Positions 48,133 to 62,150 are shown, numbered from the stretch's first letter. The stretch is 64,000 nucleotides of DNA from Fimbriosthenelais zetlandica (GCA_977030845.1 OZ365118.1:19592001-19656000); one strand, 5' to 3'. Notes: generated from the letters alone by a model not told the origin. Numbers and translations: made by a program.

Positions 48133-50917
48133 GTCTGACCTTCAAATAGAGATGGGTCAGGCATGTTCTGGGCCTCCTCCAATCCGCCTCCCCACTATTT
48201 TGGTTTAAGGTTACATTATTTTGTGACCGGGTGACTGGAAGTTACTATGAAAAAAGATCACATTGGCCAGGTCCATGTGAATGCTATCAGACTAGCCATC
48301 TGTTCACGGCTAGAGCAAATATAGAACAAGACACACACATGGAGGGCCATTCCATCTCATTGATCTGAATAAACGTGAACATGTTAGTCTTTGCAACCAC
48401 TATAGACTGGTCCCTGGTGTGTAGTTATAGAATGGATGGGTGGCTGGATTGAAGACTGGAATAATTCTGGGGAATTCATAGAATCATCACGACTTTCAAT
48501 GTTGAAATGAATTGCTTTTCAGTACATTTTCAGTCTCTTTCTTCACATTAAATGCATTTTAACCTGCGATATATTTGTCGATTTAAGGAGATAAATAGTT
48601 TGGTGGCCTGTCCCAGATGTTGGTGGGAGCTGGGGATGGATTAAACATGAGATGGAGAGAGGAGGGAGAGGAGGAGATGGAGAGGAGGAGATGGAGAGGG
48701 ATGGAGTGGGTGATGGGGGATTAGATCCATGTTCTGCCTCCCTCTTGAGGGTTTGTGGGGGTGGGGGTGGGTGCTGATGGAGGCAGTGAGGTGGAGTAGA
48801 ATGATGGAAGACAAGGACTCTCACATTAATCAAGTCTAGCCCCTCTACTACCCTCCATATATACTTGTATACCATCCTTAAACTTTGGCAAATAGCTCAT
48901 TATATAACTTTAATCTGTGCTATTTTGGCTCTTTATTTAATTTTGATTGTGCTATATGTCAATCTAAAACCCAGCTGTTTGATACAATTATCTCAGACTT
49001 CTCAAAGTATAATGTTTGGGAAATATGCACGCACATTTTACCTCTGTATCTTAGCTGTTATTCAACCAAAACTTAAGTCGTACCCTAACCCTCCCAGTTC
49101 CTAGGGGAACTGTAGGTAAATTGATCTGTACATTTTATATTTCCATTCAATGACATGGAATGACCAGCGAGTTTAACCTCTGGCGTCCCTGTGTGGCGGT
49201 GTGAGGCAGACACGGACGCCCTCTGGTGATTCATGTCTGAGTGATGAGCTGCTCCGAGCAAATGGCTATCACACTGACATCTAGCGGTAAACGTGAGAAC
49301 CCCCGGCCTGGCCTGGCAGCTTTATTATCCTCTGACAAATAGCCCTATATATCATATTCTGATGATTACTTCTATAGCTGAAGGCTAATATGTCGGACAG
49401 AAATGTAAAATAGAATAGCACGTACCAGTGCCCCAGAACTCTCAACCCTCTGCCTTTATATTGGGTTACCATCCCATGAGGAAAATCAATCTTGGAAAAT
49501 CAATATATTCTGATATTATTCCTCCCTGACTCCTCCAAGGAGTGGTATATTAAATTGAGCTTCCTTTCCCCACCCTTCCCTCATTCCCTTTTCCCACCCT
49601 TCCTTCATCTTTTTCCCCGCCCCATCCCCGTCCCTTTCCCCTCCCTATCCTCCTCCCCTTGCCCATAAAGTGAGCATTAAATCAGTAGGTAAGCCGGGGC
49701 CAGGTTTGCCCCTCACCACCCTCTATGTGTGATATGTCGCCGTTACTCGCCGCGTCTCTGGCTGGTGTAGTCGCCTGAGAATAGCGCCATGCTTTATATA
49801 CTACTCCTGGTTATCAGGGCACCTACAGGCATGGAATTACAGGCCAGGCGAGCGCCGCTACAGCCATAACTCCCCCACCTACCACTCCACCTATAATATC
49901 TGCTTCTCCACCTACCTCCTATCAACATGTAGCCATTTTCTTGGCCTGATCTTTTTTGTTTCATGACAAATATTCACTACCTTTCAAATGGTCAATCTAT
50001 GGGCTAGTTTAGAGGGTTTTCCTCTGCTAGAAATACACCGGAGATGCCAATTTAAAGTCCTAAGTTATTTCTTATTATCAAATACATGTAATTGAGATTC
50101 TAACAAAAAGAGTCCTTTATCATATTGAATCGCCATGAATCTCAATTGTCACATAAGTGACATTTTCCCATGCATTAACTATTGACATCTGTGAGCCATG
50201 GCTGTTATTTTCTCGGCCTATATAACCACCCATTGCCTGTCACAATGAGCCCATGATGAGTGGCTCCAGGTCGAGTAACTCGCCCTCACCCCGCCTGACT
50301 GACGTATAGGTATCAATAAAGACCAGTGATAGGTGGACATTCATTAAAGGTAACAACGAGGCTATAGTCGTACATCATTTACTGGGTCTGAGAGGGGGTG
50401 AGGGGGCGGGGGAAATACGCCAATCACGGGGTAGTCAATGGTCACATAGGGCTAGGTTACCAACCATTTTTTACCAACAATGGCTTCAAATTGATTTTAA
50501 TGATTTTAAATGAATTAATAGGCCTTATGTTATCAATTACAAGTCATTAGACAATTATTAGTCTTGTAATCTGTGACTAGTTGATGACATTATGAGTGGT
50601 AGGCTGGGTGATTACTAATATAAAGGTCCTCCAGGCCTGCTGCTCTCAGCCCATCCTTCACCGCCATCTTATACCCAGACATCAGGCCTCAAGGGATCTA
50701 ACCTGTCCTCTCTACTCCCTCCACCTCTCTCTCTCTTTCTCTTTCTCTCTTTTCCTCTCGCTCTCCGCCTTCCCTCACATCCACCTTCTATAAGCCAACA
50801 AGTTGACTCAGACTGCAAACTCCCTTTTACATATCTTATCCCTTTATACCTTGAATAGTAAGGTATGGTTAAAATGTATTACAATAATTTAAATACATGT
50901 CCGGTATTAGATCTCAC

Positions 50918-51021
50918 CTGAGCATGGAGCTATCATCAGTACACACATCCCCAGTGTTAATGTCGGTGGATGTATCCAGCCACCTGTACTGTAGATTATC
51001 GTTATCCCTCTGTGTACTCAT
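50918..51021 (-). CDS. Otop: Alternative first coding exon of otopetrin (MSTQRDNDNLQYRWLDTSTDINTGDVCTDDSSMLR)
   Basis: attATG, 34 open codons with an in-frame stop upstream, donor CTC AG|GTGAGA (phase 2). Confidence 0.6.
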
Positions 51022-51820
51022 AATGCCTTTGTCATAATCCACTATTCATCCCTAGTGACCTGTACAGTATGCCTCCGTACCAAACGCACAAATACATGTA
51101 CACGTATGCCATAAGTCCAGCTTAATGATGACATATAGCTGCTATATAGTTCCCATGGTTTTAAGCTGAGTGAGGTCTTCCCCGTCCATGAGGTTATATG
51201 TAATGGAGGCTCGCATGTATACGCCCTTCCCCCTGTCCTTCCCTCATTGTGTGTTCTGTATAAATACCCCCCCCCCCGCCCCCCAGTATTGTCAAGCCCT
51301 GGTTAGCTTTAAATGTTGACCTGGGACCTCTGAACCACGGTCTGGGGGGATTACTTGACTGGTGTTGACAAAAGGGCTAACGTGTATACACATAAGGTTC
51401 CCACGTTAGAATGCTATTTATATATTGTGGATTTCTGTACTCAACATCCTAGCTTCTAAACTACCGAACAAACAGCAGACTCCAGGGCACGTTTCATAAG
51501 CCTTTGTTAAATCATGCACAAATGTATAATGAAAAAGGCCCTTGGACTTGGACTGTTTACTAAGCTTTGCTTTGTAGCAGGGCTTAGATCTTGTGGATGT
51601 TTCAAAAGCTTTGAACTTATGATTATATAATCTTGACACATATCATATTGAATGTAGACCTTTAGATTTCCCTTGGATTGTTTCAAGAGCCTATATGGTT
51701 AAATGGTAAATTTCTCACCAATCTTTGTTATGAAACATGCCCCTGGATGTCTCATAACATTACGCATATGGCATGTTATGTCCAGTATATAGTACGCAGT
51801 GTAAGTGTATATAAACTGAC

Positions 51821-51996
51821 CTGAAGGCTGATGACTTGTCTGGCTGTACGGCCTCCAGCACCTCTGGGGGTGGGGGAGGCGGCATGATGGCTGTGGCCTC
51901 TGATTGCTGGATGTTATATTTTTTGGGCGTCTGCTCAATAACGGGCGAGCCCTTCTCATCCTCTGACGCTCTCATCTTGCGTAGAACGTTGAGAAC
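51821..51996 (-). CDS. Otop: Otopetrin N-terminal exon of the long isoform (VLNVLRKMRASEDEK...PPPPPPEVLEAVQPDKSSAFR)
   Basis: Acceptor tctggttttaacag| (phase 0), donor TTC AG|GTCAGT (phase 2). Joins 22144 across a 29.7-kb intron. Confidence 0.8.
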
Positions 51997-52828
51997 CTGT
52001 TAAAACCAGATATTCATTATTTTTGATAATTTATTCAGGTGTTACCTCACATATTACGTTGAGAAAGTAATTATTTTTCATAAAAAGTCAATTCCCAGCT
52101 AATGTACATTTTTATTGCGTTTATTAAGTAATCTGCAATATTAATTATCTCTCCTAATTATATAAAACATGTCCATTTGCCACCCAGCTTCTATCTGGAC
52201 GCGTTAAAGCTGTGGTATGTATTTATTCAGATGTTCTTCCCTCACCACTGGTACTCCACTCAGCCCTGGAGGAGGAGGAAGGGGGAGAGGGGAGGAGGAG
52301 GTGGGAGAGGGAGGAGGAAAGGAGAAGAGGCTGGTATAAAGCCCCTAAAACACGCAGCCACGCGGCGATAAATTGAATATTGTTTTGTGCTGAGCCTCTC
52401 CAACCATTAATCATTTTAAATTGATTTAAGAATGATAAACCTGGGCTTGAGCTGCATGGGAATGACTGCCATCAGACTGATGCTACTGTCATCTTAAACC
52501 TCACAGATATGCCTAAACACTGCACTATTTCCCCCCAAATTGCCTTATTTCCATCACAGTAAAAACGGACAAAAACTTTGATGCGAATATCTGATTTAAT
52601 ATGGCGAACAGCAAATTAGTTTCTTTTACAGAAAAAGTAGCTAACTTCATGCTACTTTATTAATTGTAATACACTTAATATAAGAGTGTATTATTCCTAA
52701 ATTTACCGAAATACTTGGACAGGAAAGTAATATTATTGATTATAGTGCAATCCACTTTAATTGTTTGAGGTTTACTTGAGTCCCCCTATTAATTACTGCT
52801 CCATTATGATATTGTTCCTCTCTCTCAC

Positions 52829-52919
52829 CTTTTTCGATGCGGAAGGCTTGTCGTCCCCTCGCGATGAGTTGATCACCAGGCGCCCAGTGCGCATGCCCGC
52901 AATGAATCCGTCTCCGGAC
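52829..52919 (-). CDS. Otop: Otopetrin N-terminal exon (SGDGFIAG-MRTGRLVINSSRGDDKPSASKK); probable start ATG at 52894
   Basis: Acceptor ttttgtttccatgattag|, donor AAG|GTGAGA (phase 0), in frame with 51996. GC/CpG-rich coding-like composition. Confidence 0.78.
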
Positions 52920-55900
52920 CTAATCATGGAAACAAAAAAATATATTCAATTTTCTAATTAGAAGCCATCTTCAAAGTGGATTTAACTCTGACAATAATAT
53001 CAGCAAGAATGCTTGATTGACAGGGTTATACTTGTATAAATATTGGCCAAAAGATATTTATATTTATTCAAAATAATAAACCATTAAATGCCCAGTTCAT
53101 CTTTTCCTATAGAAAAGTTATTTTACTATGTTTTCAGTGTATGTACATGTATATATAACTGGGCTCGAAAATCACTAAATGCACAAATATTTAGCTGCAC
53201 TAAAATAAGTGTTGAGTAGGACTGAGTGAGTGATAACTGTTGGGGGATCGACTACCTGCCTCTCTAGTGAGGTGTAGAGATCCCCTACTCTCTAATTACT
53301 ACCTAATTAACACGCCTCTATATCTATAATCCATCCACTCCTGGATTAGATCCCGGCGAGGCTTACTGTAAATTACTCTACTTTATTGCTGAAACTTGTA
53401 TCAAAAATATGATGCCAACTCACTACCACATCATGGTGCTTGTACCCCAACAGCCTTGAGCTTTTTTATCTGTGAAATATTACAATCTTTAAAGAGTGGA
53501 AGAACCCCTGCCCGTTGGGACTTAGAACAAGGCAGTATAGAAGGAAGGCAGTTGCTCTTTCATATATCATATATGGATGAGGATAATATTTTTATATTGC
53601 ACGCCATAATAGAGAAACACAAGAAGGTCCACAAAGTATTGTCTCATACAGAAGGGACAACATAGTCAGTCAGTCTGTATGGGGATTACTACAGGCCCTA
53701 CACAGCCAGATGAAGATTAGAAAAAACTCCCATATATACAGCACAACAATGGCGTACCCACATAGATGGTGGCTAACCGAGCGGATAACTTCACTTTCAT
53801 TGTGTTATCCTCCATTTGGCCGCGCCTGTAATGGTGGTCTAGTTCAGTGCTGGACATATATCATTGTATGGGCGGTATGTAATAGTGAAATAGCTCCCAG
53901 GGTAATAGCATGGGCCATCATGGAAATAAGATTTTGATATGAGAGATCACGTCCATGGGATGAGCAGGATCGCATGTGATCGGCCACAGGCCAACTGTTG
54001 CACACTGCAGACACTTTTGACTAGAAATGACTAGATATCCTTGAGAGTTCATATCTTAAACATATCTTAAATATCTGTCGATTCATTGAGTTAATATTGC
54101 TATTTATATGAGGAGAAAGTGACAATGTCATCTTACTGAGAACAATAAAATGATTGAATGCCTCAGGGTAGATTAGTGGTGAGGCATGTAGGTATGAATG
54201 ATACCACAAGGCATTAAAGTCTACAGCCTGGTGTAGTGAGGATGTGTAAGATGGCTGTCTGGTCGGCTAGCTTATACTTACACCACCATGATCGATCACT
54301 GGCTTCATATAGGAGGGAGAGGAGACAGAGGGAGACATGCTAGTAATGGGGTATAATGGGTATAATATGTCAACCCTTGATAGACTGACAGATATGGTGA
54401 CAAGCGTGGGTTATTTAGTGTGACATTCAACCCTCTAGTTCATAGCTTCAGTTCAAATCATCCTTCATTGACAATATGATTTAGTATCGTCAATTGGTCT
54501 GGGTTTATGAGATGATTTGGGTCTAGTATGTCTGGACAACGCCGGAGCCCTTGGATGGGAAGGATATACTAAATCGGACCTAAGATAAGAGGGAAATAAC
54601 TAATATATTTATTATAATTGAACAAATATTAATGTATAAAATGTGGAGTGTCGTCAATAGACATTAGATACATGTATGAGTTTAGTATTAGAGTGCCTGG
54701 CAGGTGGGATGAGCTGAGTCAGCAGATTTCACATGATACCCACAGCCTGCTTGTAACACGAGTTATAATCCACCTCCCTCATCCCGCGCCCCTCAATATC
54801 ATCTTAACTTCATTTATATTAGATGGAGTGATGTTATGTCATTAAAGCTCAAAGGCCCAGCCCTGCCATAGATGAATCTAGAAAGGTCCTCGCCACGGCA
54901 AGCGAGCAAACAAACATTACTTGGTTTTTGCAGTATTTTTTGAGGACCTTCAATGTTTGTTTTTCTCATGATGAAAGATTGTCAAAGTGCAGACATGTTG
55001 AGAACTATTACATGAAAAAGTTGTCCTGAAATGCTGACGGTAGAACACGCAATGATTCCAGTATAAAATGGAATGTGTGTATGTACATGCTTATACGTCT
55101 GTTGGTTTTCAACCATGACTTTCTTCCTGTGAAGCATGCACCTTGGTATGAAATAATAAGCCTCTAGAGTAGGCAGGTGATACCTGTGTATATTTATGAG
55201 AGCATTAGTCTGGTATTCCCATCTTAATGTGGATTCTGATTTCCCCAGGTGGGAGTATACACCTCTCACCACCATCTACTATTGTCTTATACTTTGTTTT
55301 TATCACTCTTTACTACATCAGTGGAACACACGTAAAGCTGGGGAGGTGGGCAGTGATATCTAGTTGTCTGGCAGACAGCATTGTCCACCTTCACACAGCC
55401 TTTGTGTGGTATACCATTTAGATGGATGCCCGGTACTTTTACTGATATAGAATAGCCCGTCAAGACTGGCCCTTTCCCACGTGTCTCCTACAAACAGCTC
55501 CACCATCTACACGTGTAGAAGACCAGACGTGGAGAATGATCATAAATGATGTGTGTTAGTCTGTCATATGTAAATATGTGTAATGAAGGATAGAGACAGA
55601 GCGCTGGTCGGTAGATATTGTATGACATTATTCCACTGTTTCATATTCTATATTCTGAATATGCCCCAGCCTTGTGTTATATATATACCGTCTACGGATG
55701 CACTTGGTCCTGATATTTCTATGATAAAATCCATATAAATAAGAGATATTAAAGATTGCCTGTAGATTGTAGACCAGCAGGTCATTGGGCTGGCGTTGGG
55801 AGGCCTATATGAGGTGATTGGTATGCTGGGAGGGGCCTGGAGGTGCCTGCTCATGTCCAGCCTATATCTGTCACACCTGCGACCTGCCTCATTCCACCTT

Positions 55901-56166
55901 ATATATCACCTCTTATCTCTCAACATCTCCATATCCCACAAATCAGAGCTAGAGATAGCAGAGATATTCTCTATGTATCTCTCTATTCTCTCTCTATTCC
56001 ACCATAATCGACTAAGCTCGACCTATCTCGATATTAATTGGCTTATTTTGCCTTTACTCCTCACATCTCCTTGCATGATATTTTGTTGATATTTTTGCCA
56101 CAATTCCGCCAATAATTTTAACGTTTCCTTCCCGATAAAAGTTTCTGACGCTATTTTGTGCCTCAC

Positions 56167-56268
56167 CTGTGATAATTAGTGAGCGGAGAGACCGAGGCCC
56201 CCCGAGTGCCATCTCACGGCTCCACAATCACTGATTGCCTCGAGAAAATCTCAGTGGAACACTTTGAG
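56167..56268 (-). other. Candidate 5'UTR exon of otopetrin, carrying an upstream ATG
   Basis: Acceptor ttttcaaccag|, donor CAG|GTGAGG. Stops occur in all three frames near the 5' part; ATG at 56212. Confidence 0.4.
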
Positions 56269-57335
56269 CTGGTTGAAAATTTAATCAGCCATAGAAGCTG
56301 CTAGTGCCTTCACTCCGCTCTCTGAAGGAAGAGTCATCCATTCCAGCCACATGTAGTATTAAACAGCAGCTGTTGAAAATCCCAAAACAAATACACTCAT
56401 AATGTGTTTGAAAAAGCCCACATCTATGATTCACTATTAGGGATATATTGATGTATCTTTTGATATACAAATGTATGTAGATACATACCCATGCATTTTA
56501 ACAATATTGAATATATACCGAATGCTTATATGATCAAAAGAGATTATCTTCTTTCCCTTTAGAAAGATACGGGGTATGCAGCTAGAGATAAAAACCCTCT
56601 AAGCTATAGGGTATTCCCAATCCAATCAGCCTCAGTCTTTCCAGCCACTAACTCTTCAACAACCCCGATTAGCAGACCTAAATAAAGCTAAGTGCCATTG
56701 GCAGGGATATTGGCGAAGTGGAAAAAACATTAGTAATGAAGTAAGTTTATAATAGAGTGGAGGAGACAGTGGTAGTGTCTGGGAGGCTTGCCGTGCCATC
56801 GATTAAGCGGGAGATACGTGTCGCAAGCTGTGCTGTCGTCCTGTATTCTTCCGCCATGCAATAAGGCCGTACTATAAATAGACAAGTGTACAGCGCAGAG
56901 CCCTCAGGGAAAAGGGCATTGGGCAGGAATCCTGTAAGGTCCTGGAGGCGTATATAGTGCAGCCTTCACGTGCCTATTGTGTGTGATGAATCTGTAATGG
57001 TTTCATCACTAGAGAAGCGCCGACTGATAAGGCAAGACTGGCATTTACATCTCAATCTCTATACAAAACCTACTGTTGATATCTCCATTATATATGGCTT
57101 ATTCTCAGATAGGGTGGCAATGACAATACAACAGGCAGATAAATGACATGATTCGTCATGAAAAATAGTCAATCTGCAAAATAGTGAATATCTAAATTTT
57201 ATCTTTGAACATTAGTGGTCATGATGGAAAGTAATGGTCTTTTAGAAGTGATTTTTACCCTGTTATTTGGTCCAGTGAAGTCCATGATTAGATTGGTATG
57301 TCGGGTTATGGAGACATGGGTTTATCTTCACTTAC

Positions 57336-57471
57336 CTTCTATGGTTTTGGTGGGCGGCTTTAGCAGCCTGACCCTAGCTGTAATGATAAAGTTGTAAGCT
57401 TGATGGGCTGACGTGTAAATCCATAACCTAGCACCGTCAGATAGCCTCAGCTTCCTCTAATGATCACTCAG
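57336..57471 (-). other. Candidate upstream non-coding exon
   Basis: Consensus donor AAG|GTAAGT at 57335; possible acceptors at 57457 and 57472. Confidence 0.3.
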
Positions 57472-57886
57472 CTAAACCAGAAATCATCCATGTGTGGAAT
57501 TATGCTTCCTCAAAGAAGTCCGACTAGGGCTGCACACTTCACCGCTAACAAATCACTCCACTTTGATTCCTACACTATTTACCACTCCAGGAATTCCTCT
57601 CTCTCTATTCAAGCATTAGAATGGCCTATATATTATATGTCCGTCCTTTGTCCACTGTTGAATGAATGATGCTAGTAGAATAGGCTTGGTGTTAAATCCA
57701 GACTGTAGTGCTTTAATCTGATAACTTTAAATGTGTTTTTTTTTCTATATGTTATTCACATGGCAGATGTTTTGTGGTAAAAATTGGTGCCTCAAACACT
57801 TGAGTGCTTTAAGTGTTATAGGTGTCAATGAGCAGGCTGATATTTTGTGTCGCGCAGACTCAGACTTAGGTTTAGACAGGATCTCT

Positions 57887-57900
57887 GTTACCATAGCAAC
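57887..57900. promoter_or_regulatory. RFX X-box
   Basis: GTTACCATAGCAAC. Confidence 0.7.
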
Positions 57901-58262
57901 CGTTATAGCCAACCAGTGGACTTAGAGCAAAAAGGAGAAGCAATATGGCGTGAGAGAGCAGAGTATATTGGGCGGGCTGGAGTCCAGAATGGGGCCATGG
58001 AAAAGGACAAACACATGGACCCAGAGTTCCAACAGCTGTCACTCACAAAATAAGCATCATGTCCACACAATGTCCACACCAGTCCTCAACCCAATTACTA
58101 CTGCTCTACTCCCAGCAGAAATACTCCAACCTCCTATCACTACTTGTCATTTCATTGAATTGTCGCAGCTTCTATGAGACCGTTTTCAGGGCGACCATTT
58201 AGTAGTTTGTAACATTATGTATGGCTATTTTCTACTGATGGTCGCGGGGATTGATCTCAGGT

Positions 58263-58278
58263 CGTTACCATGGTAACG
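58263..58278. promoter_or_regulatory. Perfect palindromic RFX X-box; YY1-like AAAATGGCG at about 58319
   Basis: CGTTACCATGGTAACG is a 16-bp perfect palindrome. Confidence 0.75.
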
Positions 58279-61200
58279 GTCACATTCTTGCCCAGACACC
58301 ACCTGGCGGTGGACAGTGAAAATGGCGCCTTTTTAAAGACCATAGCTCCAGGCTGACTCGTCTCCAAGATGGTTTTATCAAAATTCCTCCGCCTCAAATG
58401 ACCAGAAGAATTAAACCGTTTCTGTCAATTCTTTTTAAGTTGCAAAGGAAAAACCAAGCAATCAGTGTCAAGAAAATGGAAAATTAATCCAACATTGGGA
58501 AATGTAAATAAATCATTTATTTGAAGGCAATTTCAATCTCCACAATCCCTGTAAATCCCCAAGTGCATCTTGTCAATATTTTAATGTAAAACAAGCATTA
58601 GACATGTCTGCCACCATCTTCTCTCTAGGCCCCATGCCCATGTTTTGACTCAATCATTTTCTATAGACCTTCTCCCCCAGGATCGATGCTGGGATGTTTG
58701 TTTTCCCAGAACCTCATGTCCCACAATCGTCCATAGAAATGATGCCGGGCTAATTATATCCCTTCAACATCTGGCTTACCGAGCTGAAAATTCCCATGTT
58801 AAAATACAGCAAGGAGTTAGTGAGTGGAGAGGGAGCGGTTTGCCTGGTTACTTTATTGACTAAAACATGGAGTAAAAGTTGGGTGTGGGGAATAATTAGG
58901 GTAATGATGATTGGGGCTAATGGGGCGGCAGATGGGTAGTGTACATGTATAGCTGTGTTTAGTGTTAGAGGGAGGGTGGGGATTTGTACCAATATAAACT
59001 AAAGCATCTGGAGCCGACGTCAGGTTTTTGTCCTCAAATTAATAAATTTGATTATGTCGTTATCCACTGAAACGACTTGTGTCATGGAGGAATCTCCAAG
59101 TGTCTGGAATGCCAACCTTCCATTGTTTTCCTCAACATCTTATGAAATGAAATGACATTTTAAAGGTTTCATAATGTATTTCAATAATTCCCTGACTCAG
59201 CAAATGAAAACTACGTTGTGAGACCTATCACGCACGTGTTTATCAGATTGTAGAAGGTCCATGACTAACACGGTAAGGGTGCGGGGGTCGACCTGCACAT
59301 TAAGATAACCTGCTCTTGTATGACCTACCTTTATTAATTATTACTCGCCTGCCTCTGGAGCGGGTCTCGGTGAAGGAGCTAGCTTTAAGACCTCATTGTA
59401 AACAGTCAACTCGCCCGTCTTTATGTCTGCCATAATGCTGCTCCTTAACAAGGCGACTCACTGTTAGCCTCGCCATGATTTAAACACGTACACACTTTAA
59501 TGCTTCTTTGTTATTACACTCTTCTTATGACCTCCTGTACATCGATAACACAATAAGAATGTTTTTACAACCTTTGCTCGTATAAATTACTATAGCATTA
59601 TTGTTTATTTCAGGCTCATTGCGTCCTCTGCCTCTCGTCTCTGCCTCCTCTTGTAAGTCCTCCATCTTTACTTTACGTTTCTATGTTTATCTCTTATATT
59701 GTATGATTTGATGGCTTGATTGATGTGCATTATGTTTTTATAATGATTATTTCATCATGTTATCATATATGTATGTGTGTCATACGTAATCCCTACATAT
59801 TTTTGTATACATGCTGCCTTCCCTGGGGTGCCTTATTCCAAGGGGAGGCTTCCTTCCCTTCCCCCTCTATGATTATGAATGATGCCCGGCACAGAAACGA
59901 ATGAATGATTAATAGGTGAATGTTTTCTCAATGAATACATAAAGGGATTAGCTTAATCTGGGTGGATTAGGCGGGTCTGATGGCAGCAGGGATCTGCCAG
60001 GGCCATGTGTACTGAATGTCAAGTACAGTAACATCCCACCAACTCTGTTAATCCCTCATTCACGTCACATGATGACAAGTGGCCACCAGCATTATAACTG
60101 ATCCCTTGTCTTCTGAAGGAGGGATTTAAAAAATAATTGCTTTGTTTTAATGTGACATAAGATACATAGAAGAGATGGTTTGTTCATGCTACCTCTGATA
60201 TTAGCAGTGCCACGAAAGGGGGTTATACTCCAAGAAATTGATTCAGTATATGGAAAATTGTCTTTGATTTCCGATTAATTGATTTGGCAGTAATATATGA
60301 TCTAGCTGGCCATGCAGCATCCTACACGACACTGTATTCATATTGATTCCCAGTACAAACTCCTCCTCATCCCGTCTATATTGAGTGTGAGAGGTCCCCT
60401 GAATCCCACCTATAAGAACCACATCCCCGCCTCCCGCTTTAACAAATGAAGAAACAATTACTAACAAATGCCAGAGCTTCCTCCCCGGCTCCATTAGGCG
60501 GCCTGGCCGGGTATTTCATTAACAGGCCGTATTGGCTTTAATTTTAACCTGATTCTAATCGCGTTAAGGTATTGCAGGCATCGATTAGTGACAGCCGTGT
60601 AATTGTTACACACAAATACCGCCACACCACTCCACCTTATTACACCTTAACTACCCCCCCCCCCCCCCCCACCAATCCTTCATAATCATTCCCCAGCTAA
60701 ATATCATATTGAGTAATATTTGATATTATCCTATTGAATATCTTGAATTTCTTATTATAACTGAAAGCTCCTATTGTAAGTGAAGGGGTTTCAAATGTAT
60801 GAAATATTTATCATGAATATTCTTATAGATATGGTAGGGAGAGAATGTTACCTTGAGCTATTTTAGGCTGTATGAACACATTGTACATGGACATTATGGA
60901 GAATGCGATACAAAGGCGACATAGCGTGAGAAGAGATTGTAAAATGAAGCTTGTATCGTCCATTAGATTTTATAATGCTTACATTCTACCTGGAGGGGAC
61001 GTGGCAAATATCCTCTTCCTTTCTCTCCCCCTCTCTCTTATGTCTCTCTCTCTCTCTCTACTTCCATCTACCCAAGGCCCTCTCTCCCTCCCTCTCTCAT
61101 TCCTCAACCACTCATTTGAATAGCACCATATAAGGCAGTATCTAGCATGTTAAAGTCTAGCTAAGGGCGGAAGCTCTCTGTAAAGCTATCAGTTGTAGGA

Positions 61201-62150
61201 GGTTTTTCTACTGTTCTTTATTAGCTCTGCGTGCTGGAGGCCATTAGAGTGGTGGATTGAGGGAATATATTGATGTTCAATGTTTTATCCCGCTTTACTC
61301 GCCCACCCTTTCCCTATACTACTCCACCTAGGAGCAGCTCAGATGGGTGATTAGCTCCCACCATAACCTCCACACATATATACCTCTCAACTAAGAGGAA
61401 GAGATTTTCAGCTCATTCTTATCCCCTGCCAGAAATATCAGCAGATTTTAATCAGGGGAATATATGGAATATAATGACCTTAATACTCTTAACAGCAATA
61501 GACCTTTCCTACATGCTCGTTATATATGTGGAACGAGGCATCTAAGACGAAGATATTTTCAAGTCATATATTTTTCCTGTCAGAAATATTTACTTTCAAG
61601 CCATGAGAATGATGCAACAAGTCTGAAATGCAATGGTGTTTATTCATCTAAAAGCAGTAGAGACTTCCATATATAGATTAGTTTTTCATTGAATGATTGA
61701 ATCAGTATTAACAGTAGATGGTTTGTATTTGTGGTGGGATTCAGTGATTGATTGATATGAACAATAAGTGGATGGTTGAAGCTTGTTTTTGTGCACCATG
61801 ATATATGGGTGTGTGAGGGAGGTGTGTGAGGGAGGTATCTCATACCCGACTATTTCCCCCATTTCCCTGCACTACTGATCGCACCTCCTTCCTCACCCCT
61901 CCTCCTATCCCAACGACCACCTAGAGCACCCCCTTCAGTGGTAACAGAAAATCTAGGCCATTTATTGATTTCTTCCCAGTGAGGGGTATAGAGGGTGAGG
62001 GAGGGTAGAGAGAGGAGCAGGTTCAATAGATAAATCCTGGGCCTTCTTTTTTCTACCTTCACTCTCAATAACATTTAGCTTGGCAGATAGAATCTGAGGC
62101 CGGGACCGGACCTGTTTAGAGGGCTGCCATTTATGGCCAGTCTCCGAGCC

